DNA of 63,844 nucleotides, the filler included, from Diploschistes diacapsis (taxonomy: Eukaryota), in NCBI GenBank assembly GCA_023645945.1. It is 12 parts of 12 records of this genome, joined end to end, with 100 filler letters (N's around TTAATTAATTAA, not from the genome) between each part and the next. Parts side by side here need not be neighbours in the genome. Positions count along the whole stretch, not along the records: positions 1 to 22,962 come from JALAIB010000272.1; positions 23,063 to 24,749 come from JALAIB010002726.1; 10 more parts are not named here. One strand, written 5' to 3'. The notes beneath the pieces are model-generated. The model saw nothing but the letters and a program-made list of their open reading frames with translations, was not told where the DNA came from and ran no database searches. Positions 12,397-24,849 of the stretch are shown here, piece by piece; positions within the stretch are counted from its first letter, which is position 1, and each line of letters begins with the position of its first letter. Both the position numbers and the translations under genes were made by a program.

Positions 12397-14371
12397 TCAT
12401 GCATAACCCACATAGAGCTGCAACTTAGGATTTCGCTGTAAGGCGATGTCGAGATCATTGTCGCTCAATATCTCCGCAAACCCGCCGCTCGGCTCGTCCT
12501 TGTACTGGATCATGAGTTCGTCCTTGACCTTCAAGCGCTCATGAAGTTTGTCGCGGAGTTGTGGGAACGTAATCTCGGACGGCACGCGAATGGCAATGCA
12601 GTCGTCCTCGAACCATACCTTGATTTTCAAAGCAGAGCCTCCAGGAGCCTGTGGCGGGACCGGACTCGCCGACGGGCCTTGGCCGGGTGTGCCTGAACCT
12701 TGCGTGAGCGAAGACATCTTTCTGTGCATTGGTTGCATACCAGCGTTGCCATATCCGTTAGACTGCGATTGTTGCTGCTGCGCGGGGTTTTGATATCGAG
12801 GAGCATTCTGTCCCCCTCCACGGGGTTGGCCGTATCCGCCGTTCAGCTGTTGCTGAGAGGATTGGCGGGAGAGTGAATTGGAGTTAGCGGCAGAAGAGGA
12901 CTGCTGGGAGGCTCGGGAAAGTCGGTAGTCTTCTTCCATAGCTTTCGGGTCTAATTCGAAGTCTCCTTCCCGTGGAGCGAACAGACCACGAACGAGCTGG
13001 CATTTTGAGATGTAGTCGGGTAACGCAAGCAGCTGCTTAACGTAGACGTCGAGGGACTCTCGGCGACCGTTTGAAATCGCGTCGGTAACATACGTTACCG
13101 GTCCTGGCATGTATGGAAGTATACGATTTCCCCCGTTGTTGCCGGACTCGTCGGGAAATTGCTGCAGCAAAGCGATCTGGAAGTCGTAGAAATTCTGGTA
13201 GAATCGCGACAGTTCCCAGTGAGATCCATCTTCCATAATACATTCAATGATATACCAGTATTTGTCGTTTTCAAAGCAATACCTAGGAATGGAGGCCTTG
13301 ATCGGCGCGAGGAATTGCTGCGGTGGTGGTGGTGCCATTGACTGATCCTGCTGTTGTGGAGGCTATCGAGGTGTCAGTCCAGCATATTTGTATATTTTAA
13401 CGGTTACTTACTCGAGCGCCATTGGTTTGTGGCTGTTGTCCGTTGCCCAAACTCATCCGCTCCATTCCTTGCTGCATGCCGTTCGCAGACCCTCCATCAA
13501 ACCTTCCTAACGATATGCTGTTATTCTTGTAGTCTGCAGCCAATTTCTTCCACTGCTCGACCCTCGGAACGCCAGCCACTTGTACAGCTTTCAAAGGGTC
13601 TTCAACGGCTCGACCGGTCACCATGTCTCTGATTTCAATGAAAGATACGGGGATGAGTCCGGGTCCACCGAGACGCCCTATAGGCTTAGCAACGAACCAC
13701 TCTGGATTTGATTGTGCAATGACAATGATGGCTTCACCAGCTTTCGCATCCAGCTCGTCTGGCCTTTCGGCGTTAAAATCGTACATGACAATGCCGTATA
13801 CCATCGCACCTTTGCTCATGCTAGAATTCCGCGTATGGTTGGGGCTTTTCATCGCGTCGTTTCCATTGACACTGATCAGTGATGGACCAGATATCTTCGG
13901 ATTCCCAGCAGATGCCATCGCTGACCCATTCGATCCAGTGCTTTCCCTCTCCGTCTTCCCAATTATATCGAAATATGAAACCGGCACAAGTCCTCGAGCG
14001 CTCGGTATCAGCGGATTGCAAGCTTCATACCAGTCCTCGTCATTCTCTCGACTAATGACGTGGAAGAAATCTCCTTTGTGGAATCCAAGCTCTTCGGGTC
14101 TGTTTGGATCTGGACTGTAGTCGTATAGGGCTTTGATGACCTTGAACAACGATAAGTTAAACATATCTCTTTACCCACGCGGGAGGGCTACCACACCTTC
14201 TTAGGAGGTTGGATTGCTGTCGCATTCTTTGGTGTTACTGAGACGTGGTTCGGCTTTGGATCGGTCTTCTCCCCCTTGATCGATCGCCGTATCGCCTAAA
14301 GACACGGAACGCAGTTTTCAGTAAATGCTTGAGGAACCACGGAAAGGCTGTACATTTGGACTTACCTTCAT
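12397..14371 (-). CDS. BEM1: Polarity scaffold Bem1/Scd2 (SH3-SH3-PX-PB1)
   Basis: Micro-exon ATG AAG|GTAAGT at 14371. SH3 KALYDY...LGFHKGDFF, SH3 YGIVMYDFNAERPDEL, PX WELSRFYQNFYDFQIALL...LPYMPGP, PB1 LKIKVWFEDDCIAIRVP. Confidence 0.95.
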
Positions 14372-16110
14372 GGCGGTTGCTCTTCGGCCCTGATGCAATC
14401 TAAGGTTCAAGTCTCGCTAAATGCGTGGTAATGGGTTCCAAGACCCGTTGAGTATGTAAATCGGCGGGGCAGAAGGAGAAATGAGTGAGTTTGCGGCAAA
14501 GTAAAATGGAGTCTCCAGAAGTAGAATCCGAAGTACAGTATATGCAAGCTCCTTAAAGCAGAAACTCTCGCCAGATGCAGAGAATGCAATGCTGTTGCAA
14601 AGCCTAGGCTGATTTCTAGCCCAAGACTCGTCCCAGAGTACGATAGTTCCACTAAAACAAGATTTCCGATGCCCCAACTTTGATCAAAAGATGAGATCTG
14701 GTAGAACAGGCGCACAATGCAGAAACAGTATCTATCCGAATCGTTCGGGCGGGAGTGGGGTTCTGGCAACAGTGGGAGATTGAGAGGCTTTCGATTCTGG
14801 CTTCGAGGTAGAACAATGGGCAAGAATAGGTAGCAGAGGGTTCAAACAAGTAGGAAGGTCTTGATGTTCTCCCCTGCATATGTTGCAAGTACAGAGGTCT
14901 AAACAAGAAGCGTACAAGGTGCGACTTGATTTGATTTACCGTAGCAGATGAAGGGAAAGGGTGTGGTGATAGTGATAAAGTGCCGGACTTGGCGCTTGAC
15001 TCGACTTTTGGCGGGCGGGCGGACGGTAAGGCTGAAAGTGTCTGTTATAACGGTTATACCTTTTCTAGCAGTTCAACTTCTCTTCACCGTTGACCAAGTC
15101 ATTAGCCTGCACATTTGCTAATACAGTCTTCGACCGGAGCCCAGTCTACGAGCACCAACATGTTCCTGATGCTACGAAAGAATCTTCAGTCCTTGGCTGA
15201 TCATGTATGGGCTGGTGACTCGACCGCCACACACACTCACAATTCATTGGTGGTCGTCTTGATGACTGTCATTCGCCCTTTCTGTATGGTCATAATATGA
15301 CACGGATATTCCACCTCTTGCGTGTATCGCGCTCATTAGAATAGTGACTTAGGAGGACCTGACTGGCAAGCGAGAAGCATGAAGAGGACCGAATAGCGGA
15401 AACACTCCACGTAGACTACGTTCAACAATTTAAGGGTTAAGCACCGTATTTGGTTCCCATCAACGTTGACAACAATAACATTTTGGCCTTAATAAGCTCT
15501 GACAGGGCTGTGAGCCAGCTGCGCAGAGACTTCAAGACGTTGGAGGCTTAGACACACCCAAAAGACTACACGAAGATCTGACGTACAGACCTAAATATCA
15601 GCTTCCTTGTATTTCCACGGAATCCCATGCTGCTATGCATTTGTCTCCGAGAGCCGCCGCGGAAACAGATTTGTTGTCGAATGACAACCTAATATTGAAA
15701 GCCTTATATTGACGGCTGCAGTTCCCGACATCACAATCGTGCCACGTACTTTAGCGCATCTTGCGCCAATATTCCATCCGGTCGCCAGGTAATATCACCC
15801 TCATTAGCAGCCAGCCGAAGCACTCTCCTGGGCAAAGTGATTTTGAGGCCCGAGAGAAACATTTACTGTCCCGCTCTAGCTCCAGGTTCGTATAGTAGTG
15901 GGCTTGGACTTCTGTGATTAGTAAGATGCCAATGCACATGCATCGTGCCACATTGAACTTGCAGAATTAGAAAAGCACCTCCTAACACGATGTACCAAGT
16001 GACCGGACAATTGCTAGGGCGTAAGTTAAAAGCGCTGACTTTAAGAAAGCGCTCGTAAAAATAGCGAATAGCGAAGAATTGATAAAAGTGATCAAGGAAA
16101 GATGACTGAA

Positions 16111-17638
16111 TTAAATTTGCCCCTTAATGTCCACCTTTTGAAAGGCTTCTTTTCTCCTTTCCTCGAACAGGGCAGCGGCTTTGCCGGTCAACAGAACGAC
16201 CTCGCCATCTTTGTTCTCAAGGGAATCTCCGCAGTTGTTGTCACATATAAAACGAGCAGCTTCCTCGTCTGTCTCGAATGCAAGCTCCTCGGTGATAAAT
16301 CTAAGCTTTATGCTTGGCTTGTATCTATAATCTGTTTAATGGGAGTGTCTAGTTAAGAACAATAGTGACTTACGATTTGCACATGTTTGCCAGCGCAGCA
16401 AGACGTTCCCTGGGCGCAAACATATCCATCAGATATGCTCCCATGTTGGGTGTCTCCAAATACAGTTGGAAGAAGCGATGATAGTTTCCCAAAGCAAGGG
16501 CTGATCGTGCTTCAAGAGCATGCCTGATCGGCCCTTCGCTCTTTTCTGCTGATGTTAGATCTGCTAGGACATCATTCATGCCCGTTCGATTGCGAGTGTG
16601 AATGAAATAAAGAATCCGGTACGCTTTGAATTCCGTAGGCCGACCACGAAGTTCCAGTGCATACAGCTCGCGCAGCTGTGTCTGGCATTGGTTATACTCA
16701 CCCAAGTCTCCTTTTTCCAGCGCGATCCGAGCGTGAATTTCATAGACACTCACAGTAAAGTCCGTCTGTATGTGCTGAACGGTAAGATCCTGTCGCAGCG
16801 ACTTGAATTGGTCGCATATGTACGAGTAATTTCGCTCATCTTTCCACTTTTGCTTCAAAAGATCCAGGGTCTTTTGAAGTATGTATGGTGGTCGAACGAG
16901 ATCCGGGTTCGGGGCGGCGGTCAACCGATAGTATTTCTTCTCGAGTTTTTGACATCTACCTACGATAGGTGCGTTGTCTACATCCATTGGATCATCCGCG
17001 GGAGGTGCACACGGCGAAGGTGGTACATATCCATTCTCGCTGTTCTCGAATCGCTTCTTCCTATTTTCCAAGGCTGCCACGGACTTACTGGGGGTTCCAC
17101 TGGTGGATTCGACACGGGGCCGCTTTTCTGGGTATGTTATTCGGTCTTCGAAAGTAGTCTGGCCTTTCTTGTTTCGCCATGGAGGCGTCTTTTCCTCTGG
17201 CTGTGGTGCTGTGGGCTGTTCCGAAGATTTTCTCTTCTTCGAAGTCGTTCCATTACCGGTCATAACATCACGTTGTACCTGCAGGTTAGATTGCTGTTCG
17301 CTGGCTTTAGCCACTGGCATCGTATACGTTCTGTTACCATCCTCCATTATCATTTCTTGGGGCAAAGGCATATGGTCCCAGTCGACCGTGAGTAGAGTAT
17401 TACTTTCCGCAGCATCTGAGATGATTTGCTTTAGTTTTGTTTCCATCTCTTGTCTTCCGATCCCGGAAATGGTGTTGGTTTCCGCAAACGATCGCTGAAC
17501 ATATAGTCGAACTTTTGGTGGCCAATCTCGAACCGTTTTCTGAGATTTAGGGTTGTCTACTGGTGGTGGGTTTACCGGTGTAGCAGTTTGGAAAGGCTTC
17601 TCAAAACCGCGTCGAGGTTGAACCACTGTGTAAGCCAT
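16111..17638 (-). CDS. SAC3/GANP-domain protein, THP3/LENG8-like
   Basis: VGRCQKLEKKYYRLTAAP, YICDQFKSLRQDLTVQH, YEIHARIALEKGDLGEYNQCQ. The last exon after the intron at ~16372 ends KVDIKGQI*. The 5' start is uncertain. Confidence 0.88.
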
Positions 17639-18047
17639 CGCGGCTGAAGGTTAAGAGTTGCTGGATTCAGGCTATCACTTGGGATGACAGTCTCATTCAA
17701 AATTGCCGAACACCAATCCAATCACACAATATAGAAGGGAGATGTAGTGCTGAAAAGTTGCGGGAACACAACCACTGAGCCTGTAATATATCTCAGCTGG
17801 GTGAAGGTTTGGGTGATGGGAAGAGAGATGGAAGAGAATGTGATTTTAAGCGCTTTTGTGTATCTAGAAGAACTTGAAGTTTCGAGGGCATGACGAGTTC
17901 CCACAACGACCTAGCTTGGTTTCGCAAGGGCTTGGCGTATCCATTAACTCCGGTTCAAAGCCGATGATATCAACTGTCATGTTGTGTGCTCTTGATGATG
18001 GATTGACGTTCACGTTCTCTTGAGAGTCTACGAAACCATGGGACTGA

Positions 18048-20007
18048 ATGTTCTTCCGGAGCCTGGACCTGACTACTGCTCTGCGGCCGGAGCTGGTGGC
18101 AGAGGAAGCATTACTCTTCGTCCAAGACGGTATAGGCCTATACGAAGGGTGCGGATTGTCTTAAGGTGTGTCTGAAGGCATAGTTGACATGGCTACAGCA
18201 AATACAAGATACCGTCGTACCAGCACGGCCATGTCTATCTAACTTCTCATCGGATCTGTTATGTTGATAATGCCGAGCCGCGCAAGAACTCGGTTTCCGC
18301 GGAATTGAAAGATGTCGATCGATACGAGTTCTATGTAGGCCGCTTGCCGTCGAAAACCTCCTCTTTATGGCTCATATTTGATAGGCGGGCTTTCTTAAGT
18401 CATCTCCAAAGGTCACGCTGTATCCTAAGCAGTCGAAGAGGCTTTCTATCCAGCCCTCAGTTCCTTACCAGTACGACGACGTTTTCGGTGCGAATTCTCC
18501 TCCGCGCAGCTCTTCTGCTTCACCGTTTCCGCACAGTAGCAGTACCGGTACTTCATCGCCAGCGCCAGACACCATAAGAAGGCAAGCAGTGACATGGGTG
18601 TGCTCTATCTGTTCGTTCTCGAATGTGCTTCCCATAACATTCGATGCTACGACTGCAAACCAGCATACCAACCTACCTGCCTGTCAGACTTGTGGCATCA
18701 AACCCCCACTAGCGCATGTGCTAAAGGCAGTAATATCCAGTGCTTCGCGGCGACAAGCAGCCCATAGCGATTCGTCTGCGGCTCAACAACTAATTGAAAG
18801 CCAGCGCGGTAGCGGCAGCGGATTTTCTACAGGCGGAAATGGTTTTGTCCCCTCGCCATCGGGTGTAGGCCCGGCAGAGCCATCGATGTCCTTTCAATGC
18901 CCTCGCTGTACCTTTGCGAATCATCCTTCACTTTCGGCCTGCGAGATCTGCGGGGCATCACTTGTGTCCCTAACAGCCGGCGGAGAAGATAACGTTCTAC
19001 GTCCAGCTTCACCTGCTCCTGTTCTGAACCAAGCAGGCTCTCTTGTCGATAGTCAGACAGAGTACGTCAAGATCTCATTCCGCGCTGGTGGCGACAAGAT
19101 CTTCTACGAGAGACTGAAAGGAGCTATGGTGCAGCGCAAATGGTTGTTACAGGATGCACCGCCCGTTCCTCTGCCAAGTTCCCTTACGAAACTTCAGGAG
19201 GCGGGGTTGAGTGCAGCCAGCTTTTCAGGTCGTACTACTCCAGATCCAAAAGGCGTCGGTATCGCTGGCCTAGAGCGGCTAAGTCTCGAACGACGCAAGA
19301 ATAATGAATCTGTCATTAGCTCTGCATTCGAGGACCTCGAGGCTCTGATGGCATCTGCACAAAAAATCATTGCTCTAGCTGAATCGTTCGGTGGAGCATC
19401 CCAAGAAACTTCGGCGCGAGCTCTCCTCAACGAATCTGTTGCATCTTTGGGTATGAACACCACGAGAGATATGTTAGGATCCGACAGCCTGTATGTCTCA
19501 GAGCTTTCGAGAAATCTTGCAGAATACGTCACCGACGATAGCCAAGCCATTCTCAAAAAGAACGGTGGGGTTATGAGCCTGGTGGATCTGTGGGCAAAGT
19601 TCAATAGAGCCAGAAATGGCGTCGAGCTTGTCAGCCCTGCTGACTTTGAAAAGGCGGCTCGTCAGTGGGAGACGCTAGGCCTGCCGGTGCGCCTGCGAGA
19701 ATTCAAGAATGGTGTGCTTGTGGTCCAGAGGCATGACTGGACGGACGATAAGACGATCGCTCAGCTGCTTGCTTGGTTCCAAGAGTTTCGGATGATCGAG
19801 CCTGTCGTGCCTGTTCCTTGGGATTGGAGGGTGTTTGGCCGTGGCGTCACAGCACAAGAGGCTGCAATCCACTTTGGCTGGAGCGTCGGGGTGGCGACAG
19901 AGGAGCTAGAAATGGCGGAAGAGAAGGGGGTCCTCTGCCGGGAGGAGAGTGCAGAGGGAATCAAGTTCTGGGAGAATTGGATTATTGGTGGCGATGAAGA
20001 GCAATAG
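18048..20007 (+). CDS. VPS36: ESCRT-II subunit Vps36 (GLUE domain, two NZF zinc fingers, EAP30 domain)
   Basis: MFFRSLDLTTALRP...VQDGIGLYEG / YLTSHRICYVD / AGFLKSSPK, WVCSICSFSN, FQCPRCTFANHPSLSACEICG, KISFRAGG, AFEDLEALM. Confidence 0.95.
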
Positions 20008-20346
20008 ATTCGTCCGCTAGCACTTGTTGCAGTATCCGTAATTCTTCCATTGCAAGAGTTTAGAATAGCTTCAGGCTGTTCAATCCATCTAAACCAAAAG
20101 TTTAAAGCTCTTGGCCAAGGACGTTGTTAGCTGGTTCTATAATTGATATCAGTCTCATAATTTGAGTTCTTGTCGTTTATCTCTATTCGTTAGACTCCTG
20201 GAACAAAGTAGCCCGTTGGACAACAAGTATCCTTCTAGTTATACGTAGGTTCTGATGAATGCCATATGCTATGTTGTCGGTGAGGTTGACCTGAGTTTGT
20301 GAAAACAACTTTGAGAGTTTCATCTCTTTCATGCAATATACACAGC

Positions 20347-22080
20347 ATGGACGAAAAGAATCAGGCTTCAGAGCCACCAATCCAAAGCTCCTTATCCTCA
20401 TGGCAAGCCGAAGCGCAGCATTGTCGAAAGGATTTGCTCCGGAATCGTCCTGGTGACCGTAGGCTTGATCCTTGTCAACACCTTCTTGGATTTTGACCGC
20501 TCTCCATTCAACGTTTCCTCTCAAGCCGAGTCTGGGTCTGCTTTTGGAGAAGGGAGTAAGCAACTCCACTGGCACAGCTGCGGAAACAGATTTGAGTGTG
20601 CCAACCTCTCTGTTCCACTCGACTGGCTCAACACCGACGACACACGAACGGCATCCATAGCCATCACTCGGTATCTAGCTTCAAACCGCACGAATGCCAC
20701 CGACAAGGGCACCATCATCTTCAATCCTGGAGGCCCCGGAGGTAGCGGCACGGGCAGCACCTGGCGGATCGGGCCTCTGCTGGATGAGATCCTACAGGGC
20801 CAGTACGATGTGCTAGGCTTTGATCCGCGAGGCATCAAAAAGACCACGCCAGAAGTGACCTGTCTCAAATCAGCATATACTCGTATGGCTCTCGAACAAA
20901 TCCTCACGACTACTGCGCCCAGTCTGAATTACACGATGTTGGCATATGGGATGCATTCGAACAGCTCATTGCTGAAGAGTGCGAGGAGAACTCCGGCGCT
21001 GGCGTGCTGCCGTTCGTCAACACGCCTTCCGTGGCACGAGACATTGCCGCCATTGTCGACGCTCTACACGCCGAGCGAAGGCACCGCGTCAGCTACTGGG
21101 GCTTCAGCTACGGGACGAACCTGGGGGCCATCTTCACCGCCATGTTCCCCAATAAGCTCCACAAGGTCATACTAGATGGCATACGGTCTCCACTCGATGC
21201 TCGCGAGATCTACGAATGGGGCTACACTTCGCTCGCCTCCCAGGACGATGTCATGTAAGGCTACTTCAAAATGTGCGACGAGGTCGGCGAATCCCGCTGC
21301 GCTCTCGCAGGCTCCGAATCCGGCTCGAAAAAAACCACCTTGGACCTGCTCTCCACCCTATACGACAGACCCGTACCCGTGCGCTCAGGCCCAAAAGTCG
21401 GCCTAGTAACATTCTACTCCTTCAAGAGCTTCCTCTACCGCACGCTCCACCGGCCCCAAAGCTGGCCCTTCTTCGCCAACGTGGCCCGCGACCTGCTCCG
21501 CGGGAACGGCGCGTCCTTCCTGGACGCTACAAGCGCCGGTATATCGGATTTTGACGGCGTTGAAAGCGGGACCGCGGTCCTCTGCACCGACGCCGTGCCC
21601 GCAACAAACTACAGCCTCGCGTCGTGGACCTCCTATGTCCAGAACATGACCGCGCTCTCCTTTGTAGCTGGGGACTCGCGGCCGCTGGAAACGATGCCGT
21701 GCCGGCACTGGTACGCGGTGCCCAACGAGCGCTGGGAGGGCGACTTCGAGAATGTGCATCTTGACGCGCCGGTGCTCGTGATCGGGAACACGTACGATCC
21801 GGCGACGCCGCTGGATTCGGCGAAGAGGTTGGCGGCGCACATGCGGGAGGAGAATGCAAGGCTGCTGGAGCAGAGGTCGTATGGGCACTGTAGTCTTTCG
21901 ACGGTGTCGACGTGCACGTGGAATGTTACGCTGGGTTATCTTTTGGAAAGGAAGCTGCCGGAGAAGGCGACGGTTTGTGAGGTGGACGATGGGGGCTATG
22001 GGGACTATTTCCCGAGGCGGGATGGGGTTGAAGCGGAGAGTTTGAGGCTGTATAGGCTGATGCAGGCGGCTCTGTTGTGA
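20347..22080 (+). pseudogene. TAP-like alpha/beta-hydrolase (peptidase S33 family), reading frame disrupted
   Basis: ECANLSVPLDW, FNPGGPGGSG, GFDPRG, YWGFSYGT (nucleophile), LDG, VIGNTYDPATP, YGHC. There is a frameshift at ~20929, an in-frame TAA at 21256, and the MDEK start is out of frame with the TM segment. Confidence 0.7.
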
Positions 22081-22571
22081 GATTCGAGAGTTGGTTGCAA
22101 TGGCTGGTTGAGCTTCTGGGTCAAGGGCGAATGAAAGAGGCCGAAAGCAACATGGTGCAAAAGGTACATAAGTAGTAGAGTAGGCTACACGTCCACCACC
22201 ACATACGTTATAAAGTGTATCACCGATCCACTTCTTCTATCCCAGATCCGGATCTAAAAGCCAGCTAGTATCAAGAACCTTGAAGCCGTACAAGATCGGT
22301 AGTATCCGGCGCTTGCGTGATCCAGTTTTCCACTTCCGCCCCGGAATACAGTCTCTAGACTCCACATCCACATGCAGCAAAACGAATCCTACCTTCGGAT
22401 CCGTCATAACACTGGACGATCGGAAAATACTGTCGGCGCCCCGCGAGATGAACAATCTTAGGACAAGTCTGCCGCAAGGGAACTGATACAGCTCTTGGAC
22501 AGCGATTCGATTATCTTGTTGGGGCTCCTACTTTACAACGTCTCTAGATACACAAAGCTGCGCCGAACCAT

Positions 22572-22962
22572 TTACACCCTCTCCCCACCCTCAGCTGCCA
22601 TCAAGGGTCTCCAATCCTCCTCCTTCGCCTCCCAACCAAGATCACTCAACCTATCAGCCCTAAACCTTGAATTGCTGCTCACCAGCATGGGAAAGTATGG
22701 GTGCTTGCTCAACCTCTCCACTTCGCTCATACTCACACTCTCGACTCCTTCCCTCTGCACCTTCCCCAGCTCCAGCAACCTCTTCGCCGCCACCTCCGCC
22801 CTCTCCCGGAACGCCACCTCCCCCGTACCAATAAAATAATAGCCTTTGCTCCCAAACTCCAATCCACCCTTCCCACCGCTCGCCTGCGCCACAAGCGCCT
22901 TCTCAACGAAAAACGCAATCGCCCCCGCGCAGTCCCGTACAGAAACCCACCCCCACATATTC
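22572..22962 (-). CDS. NAD(P)-binding epimerase/dehydratase-like protein, C-terminal part (cut by contig end)
   Basis: WGWVSVRD.A.A, GYYFIGTGE and SNSRFRADRL..LGW match the C-terminus of fungal extended-SDR proteins. Confidence 0.7.
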
Positions 22963-23062
22963 NNNNNNNNNNNNNNNNNNNNNNNNNNNNNNNNNNNNNN
23001 NNNNNNTTAATTAATTAANNNNNNNNNNNNNNNNNNNNNNNNNNNNNNNNNNNNNNNNNNNN
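22963..23062. other. Artificial contig spacer N44-TTAATTAATTAA-N44 (11 identical copies, also starting at 24750, 26536, 28322, 30107, 53151, 54936, 56719, 58502, 60284, 62065)
   Basis: Always exactly 100 nt. The central 12-mer puts stop codons in all six frames. Confidence 0.98.
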
Positions 23063-23608
23063 ATAAGACCATCTTTATATACGATTAATCTATTCGGTGA
23101 TAATATTGGTTCTTTAGATCTAATGAAACACGCGATGATTAACGATCGTTTAAAATACGTCGATATTGCTTATTATTACGTACGAGATTTTGTTAAATAA
23201 GGACGTATTAGGGTGTCTTATGTTTTTATCGATAAAATGATTACTGCCGGGTTTATGAAGCTATTAAACTACTCGAAGCACGACGTTTTTATTAAAAAAT
23301 TCGGCCTAGTTTAAAAGATATTTAGTTAAATTGTATAGATATATTAAACGATTCCGTCTGTGGGGGAATGTTGAGTAAATAGGTAGAAGGCATGGCTGGG
23401 AGTTCGATTAAATTTTAGTCGGGGGTTTAGTTCTGCTGGATTCCGAGGTTCAGTTTAGTTAAATTTCTTAGGACTCTGACTAGATCGATCGGGAGTAGTG
23501 TTGGTAATAAGGCTTAGCGGATCCCGTAGGGTATAAAAGTCTGCGCAGTAGGATATCTTCATAGAATAAGACCTCTAGACTTCAATATATCCATTACGTT
23601 GCCAAACA
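23063..23608 (+). mobile_element. Ty1/Copia 3' end: RNase H relic, PPT and LTR (23369-23608)
   Basis: Translates as KYVDIAYYYVRD...DKMITAGFMK (KHIDI.YH.VRD / ADGFTK decayed). GTGGGGGAA PPT precedes TGTTGA...CCAAACA. The same LTR occurs at 54228-54442, with a partial copy at ~29767-29954. Confidence 0.85.
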
Positions 23609-24191
23609 GATTAAACATTATTATGGCCGGAAGAAAATTATCCGACCCTATCGGGAAAGAATAGAATCCCGATAGTTAATCCGGTATACCGCAAACGCTG
23701 ATAATATTAAATAATTGACGTCTATATCTTTAAAATATGGATACTCGGCAAAAAGAACAATAAATATTATTATAATAATAGGCCGAAATTAATTAATTAT
23801 TCATCGAGCGAATACATTAGCTTAATATTAATTAAAGTCGATCAGAGCCGACTTAAGAAAATACGAGTCGAACAATCTCGGATCGAGATTTCAATCGTAT
23901 GGAAATTAAATTTTTCACACGACCTACGTTTAGAATAAGTTAGTTTAAACAGGTTATTTTTCAAAAAAAATGATAAAAAACCCGCTAATTTAGCGCCGGA
24001 TAATTAGCGTTAAAAACTCGCTAAAGCTCCCTCGCCACGAATATCCACGCTTAAGTAATAGAAAATATGCCATTCTTATTATTTTCGCGACAATATATAG
24101 TACCTGCTAAACCCCGATTTATTCCGGTATTATTCATCGATTAATTCGAATTATTAATAATTATTTAACTTAGCGAATATTGTTTATAATA

Positions 24192-24394
24192 ACGTGTTTG
24201 ACGGGGATGCCGGCCACCCCTAGATTCCGGCCACCTCAAATCACTACCATCAACATTCTACGGTTTTTAGCTACAATTTATTCGTCGTAATCAGAACCTA
24301 ATCGATCCGAATCGAATTTATCCTTTTCTTCTCTATCCTTTTCGATTTTAGAAACGCGACGACGTTTTTTACGCGTTATGAGTCGTTTCGAAAC
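24192..24394 (+). mobile_element. pogo/Fot1-like (Tc1-mariner) transposon end
   Basis: TA|ACGTGTTTGACGG...CCGGCCACC x2. Homologous ends, each abutting TA, terminate at 30300, 58020 and 60636. Confidence 0.75.
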
Positions 24395-24749
24395 TAGGCT
24401 GGCCGTCACGGACACTGACACGGCCGTGTCCGTGTTTTAAAATTTTCAGCCGTAATGTCCGTGTCCGTGCTTTTATTATAATATAATATCCGTAATAGTA
24501 TCCATGTTAGGCTGGCCGTCACGGACACTAACACGGCCGTGTCCGTGTTTTAAAATTTTTAGCCGTAGTGTCCGTGTCCGTGCTTTTATTACAATATAAT
24601 ATCCGTGGAAATGTCCGTGTTTTAAAATTTTAAATTATAATATCCGTGTTCGTGTTTTTATTATAATATAATATCCGTAGAAATGTCCGGGTTTTAAAAA
24701 TTTTAATTATAATATCCGTGTTAATAGATTTATTATCGTGTTCGTATAT
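24395..24749 (+). mobile_element. hAT-like transposon ends with GTCCGTGT subterminal repeats (two nested copies, at 24395 and 24508)
   Basis: The terminus TAGGCTGGCCGT is followed by arrays of ACACGG/CCGTGT. The same terminus occurs at 57398 (-) and 61661 (+). No transposase is seen, so the superfamily is inferred from the end structure. Confidence 0.6.
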
Positions 24750-24849
24750 NNNNNNNNNNNNNNNNNNNNNNNNNNNNNNNNNNNNNNNNNNNNTTAATTA
24801 ATTAANNNNNNNNNNNNNNNNNNNNNNNNNNNNNNNNNNNNNNNNNNNN

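Noticed and set aside
14372..16110. Possible tRNA/snoRNA in long intergenic stretches (also 10179-12396)
   Set aside because: I could not identify a cloverleaf or paired C/D boxes by eye. tRNAscan-SE and Infernal would be needed to exclude them.
23007..23018. Recurrent TTAATTAATTAA palindrome
   Set aside because: Synthetic linker in the middle of every N gap.
24395..24749. Short GTCCGTGT repeats with variable spacers resembling a CRISPR array (also 57202-57398 and 61661-62064)
   Set aside because: Eukaryotic context, ~8-nt degenerate repeats, spacers similar to one another, no cas genes, and always attached to a transposon-like terminus.
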